Part shown: piece after piece, positions 30,427 through 32,000 of the stretch
How the letters are laid out: every line of letters starts with the position of its first letter
Position numbering within the stretch: position 1 is the stretch's first letter
NCBI RefSeq assembly: GCF_013365435.1
Contig: NZ_CP046577.1
Location: forward strand, 30,001 to 62,000
Direction: 5' to 3'
Source: Wolbachia endosymbiont of Litomosoides sigmodontis
GTDB lineage: Bacteria; Pseudomonadota; Alphaproteobacteria; Rickettsiales; Anaplasmataceae
Length of the DNA: 32,000 nucleotides
The notes under the pieces: model-generated
Told to the model about the DNA's origin: nothing
Seen by the model: only the letters and a program-made list of their open reading frames with translations
Database searches by the model: none
Translations under genes and position numbers: made by a program

Positions 30427-31164
30427 GTGCGATACAAAATAACGATAGAGTATAACGGCAGTAGTTTTTCTGGTTGGCAGAAGCAGCAATATTCTGCTAA
30501 CTCAATTCAAGAGACCATAGAAAATGCTATATTTAATTTCAGTGGTGAGAAAGTTACTCTGCATTGTAGTGGCAGAACTGACGCAGGAGTTCACGCTTTA
30601 GGACAAGTTGCTCATTTTGATATGAAAAGGGAATTTGAGCTTTATAGAATAAGAAATGCCATAAATTATCACTTAAAATCAATTCCTGTAGTTGTGCTGA
30701 ATACAGAAGCTGTAGATGATACATTTCACTCGCGATTTTCAGCAAAGAAGAGATATTACGAATACAGAATAATTAATCGCTACGCTCCTGTAGTTCTAGA
30801 AGCAGGTTATGCGTGGCAAGTATTTAATCCACTTGATGTAAACATCATGCGTGAAGCTGCTAAATATCTGCTTGGAAAGCATAATCTTTCAAGTTTCCGC
30901 TCAAAAGATTGCCAGGCTATAAATCCAATAAGAACGATTGATGGTATTGATATAGTACAGAATGGGAGTCATATATACATCAAAATATCTGCTATTTCTT
31001 TTTTACATAATCAAGTGAGGATCATTGTAGGAACTTTAGTTGAATTTGGAAAAAATAGAACTAATCCACAAGAAATGCTAAGTATATTAAATCAATGCAA
31101 GAGAAATGCTGCTGGAGTTACTGCACCACCTTTTGGTTTATATTTAACAAAGATAGATTACTAG
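30427..31164 (+). CDS. truA: tRNA pseudouridine(38-40) synthase
   Basis: 245 aa (GTG start) with RYKITIEYNGSSFSGWQKQ and the catalytic-Asp motif GRTDAGVHALGQV. Confidence 0.92.
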   Translation: MRYKITIEYNGSSFSGWQKQQYSANSIQETIENAIFNFSGEKVTLHCSGRTDAGVHALGQVAHFDMKREFELYRIRNAINYHLKSIPVVVLNTEAVDDTFHSRFSAKKRYYEYRIINRYAPVVLEAGYAWQVFNPLDVNIMREAAKYLLGKHNLSSFRSKDCQAINPIRTIDGIDIVQNGSHIYIKISAISFLHNQVRIIVGTLVEFGKNRTNPQEMLSILNQCKRNAAGVTAPPFGLYLTKIDY

Positions 31165-31172
31165 TTAATAGC

Positions 31173-32000
31173 TTATGTCCTTACTGGCATCACTATATAT
31201 AATGCATTAGGATCATTTTCGTCAGTAATAACTGTAGCACTATTATTATTTAATAAGCTAAGCTTGCATTTGCTTTTTATACAAGATAAAGCATCAAGCA
31301 AATAGCGTGAATTAAAACCTATTTCTATAGGTGCTCCATTGTAGTCTACCTCTATAGACTCAGTTGCATCATTACATTCTTGAGAGTTTGAGTGTAGGGT
31401 TAATAACCTTTTTTGTAATGAAAACTTGATAGATTTTATTCTATCAGATACAACAACGGAAACTCGATCTATAGCGCTAGCAAGTTTACTGCTTTCAACA
31501 ACTATTTGTTTATCTTGAGATGCTGGAATAACGCCTTTGTAATCTGGGAAAGTTCCATCTATTAATTTTGATATTAGGATATACTCACCACATGTAAACT
31601 TGATTTTTCTGCCTGAAAGTTTTATATTAATTTCATTACAGTCATCCAGTACTTTTAGCAGTTCTATAACAGTTTTACGCGGTATGATTACACCAAGCTC
31701 GCCATTGATATTTTGGGGTTTGGGCCTCTTTACACACGATAAACGGTGACCATCAGTTGCGACGCAATATAGAAACTGCTCATCGGTATGTAAATATATT
31801 CCATTTAAATTATATCTTATATCATCTAGTGATACAGCAAATTTTGTTTTAGTTAATAAATCTATCAAGTCTGTATTCAGTAGAGTAAAATTATACTTAT
31901 AATCGCCTTCTTCAAGAATGAGGGGATTGTTTGAGACTACGTTTGGTAAAGAAAAGTTTGTATTCCCACAAGATATCAATAATTTTCCTTGGTCATTTAC
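31173..32000 (-). CDS. dnaN: DNA polymerase III beta sliding clamp, C-terminal ~275 codons; the 5' end lies outside the window
   Basis: The frame stays open to the window edge (VNDQGKLLISCGNTNF...). ATDGHRL, LIDGTFPDY, IGFNSRYLLD and the terminal YIVMPVRT are typical of DnaN. Confidence 0.9.
   Translation of the reverse strand, partial: VNDQGKLLISCGNTNFSLPNVVSNNPLILEEGDYKYNFTLLNTDLIDLLTKTKFAVSLDDIRYNLNGIYLHTDEQFLYCVATDGHRLSCVKRPKPQNINGELGVIIPRKTVIELLKVLDDCNEINIKLSGRKIKFTCGEYILISKLIDGTFPDYKGVIPASQDKQIVVESSKLASAIDRVSVVVSDRIKSIKFSLQKRLLTLHSNSQECNDATESIEVDYNGAPIEIGFNSRYLLDALSCIKSKCKLSLLNNNSATVITDENDPNALYIVMPVRT

Noticed and set aside
251-30745. Antisense or shadow ORFs inside well-supported genes (251-478, 3468-3656, 3564-3764, 4789-5106, 6553-6762, 6794-7036, 7613-7846, 8508-8750, 9412-9735, 10092-10388, 12555-12842, 18341-18538, 19117-19359, 20977-21165, 24716-24973, 28452-28673, 29282-29563, 29313-29555, 30554-30745)
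   Set aside because: All are embedded in, or opposite to, longer ORFs with clear homology. They have low-complexity, Leu/Ile/Phe/Ser-rich translations typical of off-frame reading of AT-rich coding DNA, and no recognisable motifs.
1-32000. Search for CRISPR arrays, tandem short repeats, rRNA/tRNA genes, prophage, secretion, toxin or defence gene clusters
   Set aside because: I found no regularly spaced short direct repeats, no structured-RNA signatures and no accessory multi-gene module. Every long ORF is explained by a housekeeping function or an IS/pseudogene remnant.

Overview
The window is visibly AT-rich and densely packed with housekeeping genes, consistent with a reduced alphaproteobacterial endosymbiont genome. 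My best guess is a Wolbachia-like member of the Anaplasmataceae. That guess rests on Rickettsiales-type gene content, retained de novo purine genes (purM, purC, purQ) and dead IS630-type elements; it cannot be confirmed without a database search.

Coding content in order:
- Left part: gyrB (3' part), gatA, an AEC-family permease, lepB.
- Fe-S cluster genes: iscU-iscA-hscB-hscA.
- Middle: ftsY, priA, a split chpT-like histidine phosphotransferase, purM, purC, trmD-rplS, one orphan ORF, pstA, purQ.
- Minus-strand block: psd-pssA-[dead AGCS paralog]-AGCS symporter-plsY.
- Right end: a heavily degraded recA, truA and dnaN (partial).

Four full-length copies and one truncated copy of a single degenerate IS630/Tc1-mariner-like element sit in intergenic gaps. 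None has an intact transposase.

I see no CRISPR array, rRNA or tRNA gene, prophage, defence island, toxin-antitoxin pair or other multi-gene accessory system, and I do not claim a novel system. The signals worth a second look are genome-decay and sequence-variant signals:
- recA is a pseudogene.
- The chpT-like gene is broken by a single-base shift in an A10 tract.
- priA carries an in-frame insertion of about 113 codons between helicase motifs I and Ia.
- A 410-bp near-perfect inverted repeat is built from IS remnants.
- HscB has no HPD tripeptide.
- GyrB has Asn at the position equivalent to E. coli Asp426.
- A tandem AGCS transporter paralog has decayed.
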